From an uncultured Gemmatimonadaceae bacterium (lineage in GTDB: Bacteria > Gemmatimonadota > Gemmatimonadetes > Gemmatimonadales > Gemmatimonadaceae): 64,000 nt of DNA. Both the position numbers and the translations under genes were made by a program. Positions 63,607-64,000 of the stretch are shown here, piece by piece (the stretch's first letter is position 1; the number at the start of each line of letters is the position of its first letter). Below the pieces are notes generated by a model. That model saw only the letters and a program-made list of their open reading frames with translations. It was not told where the DNA came from and did not search any database. The DNA is taken from assembly GCA_963761305.1 (NCBI GenBank), contig CAVXGK010000002.1, positions 576,001-640,000 on the forward strand, written 5' to 3'.

Positions 63607-64000
63607 GTGACGTGGAATACCGCCGTTCGAACGGTCGTCGCCTGCGCGATTCTGATCGTTCTCCACTACACGCTGCGGCCGCTGCTGGCCTGGCACGCGT
63701 CGGTCGATTTTCTGATCATCGCGCTGCTGATCGGGTCGGTGCGACTGCGGCCGGGTGCGGCGGCGTTGTACGGATTCTTGCTGGGATTCGTGGCGGACTC
63801 GGTGGACGTGAGCGGCTTTGGCGCCGCCGCGCTCGCCATGTCGCTCGTCGGATTCACGGCGTCGTGGCTCAAGGCGGTATTCTTCGCTGACAATCTCGCG
63901 TTGAACGGATTCTTTCTGTTCCTCGCGAAGTGGGTGTTCGACGTGATCTTTTTGATTCTGGGCCGGCACGCACACGGCACCGAGCTGATGGTGCAGATGT
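63607..64000 (+). CDS. mreD: Rod shape-determining protein MreD (runs off the window)
   Basis: GTG start; hydrophobic frame MTWNTAVRTVVACAILIVLHYTLRP...GFLLGFVADS directly after mreC. Confidence 0.9.
   Translation, partial: MTWNTAVRTVVACAILIVLHYTLRPLLAWHASVDFLIIALLIGSVRLRPGAAALYGFLLGFVADSVDVSGFGAAALAMSLVGFTASWLKAVFFADNLALNGFFLFLAKWVFDVIFLILGRHAHGTELMVQM

Overview
High-GC bacterial chromosome segment. Gene content and protein style (PadR/ADOP permease, carboxypeptidase-regulatory-domain protein, beta-barrel OMPs, N-terminally extended S1) suggest Gemmatimonadota; this is inference. 1.5-8 kb: tRNA-Gly(GCC) and tRNA-Leu(TAA), followed by two tandem decayed genomic islands, each closed by a copy of the tRNA-Leu 3' half, with an integrase tail fused to an IS3 orfA remnant. 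9.2-13.5 kb: a PadR-ADOP ABC-permease module plus a 21-bp repeat tract, bracketed by a duplicated promoter/start of the lysine operon. The rest is mostly core genes: M20-asd-lysC-dapB-dapA-dapD-aroA-cmk-rpsA; a nitroreductase/CoA-ligase pair followed by an unexplained ~205-nt structured element; acyl-CoA carboxylase genes interrupted by an RNA methyltransferase; a Pst/PhoU locus with divergent pstS and porin; a LysR-RND efflux cassette; rplM-rpsI-rpsB-tsf-pyrH-frr-cdsA-dxr-rseP-rpsO-pnp-M16-ald-mreBCD. Frameshifts in rpsB and the RND gene point to indel errors in the assembly, so single-base observations need read-level confirmation. No CRISPR array, reverse transcriptase or intact integrase was seen. 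The best novelty candidate is the structured element at 25967-26170. All calls were made by eye from the sequence and ORF track; no searches were run.
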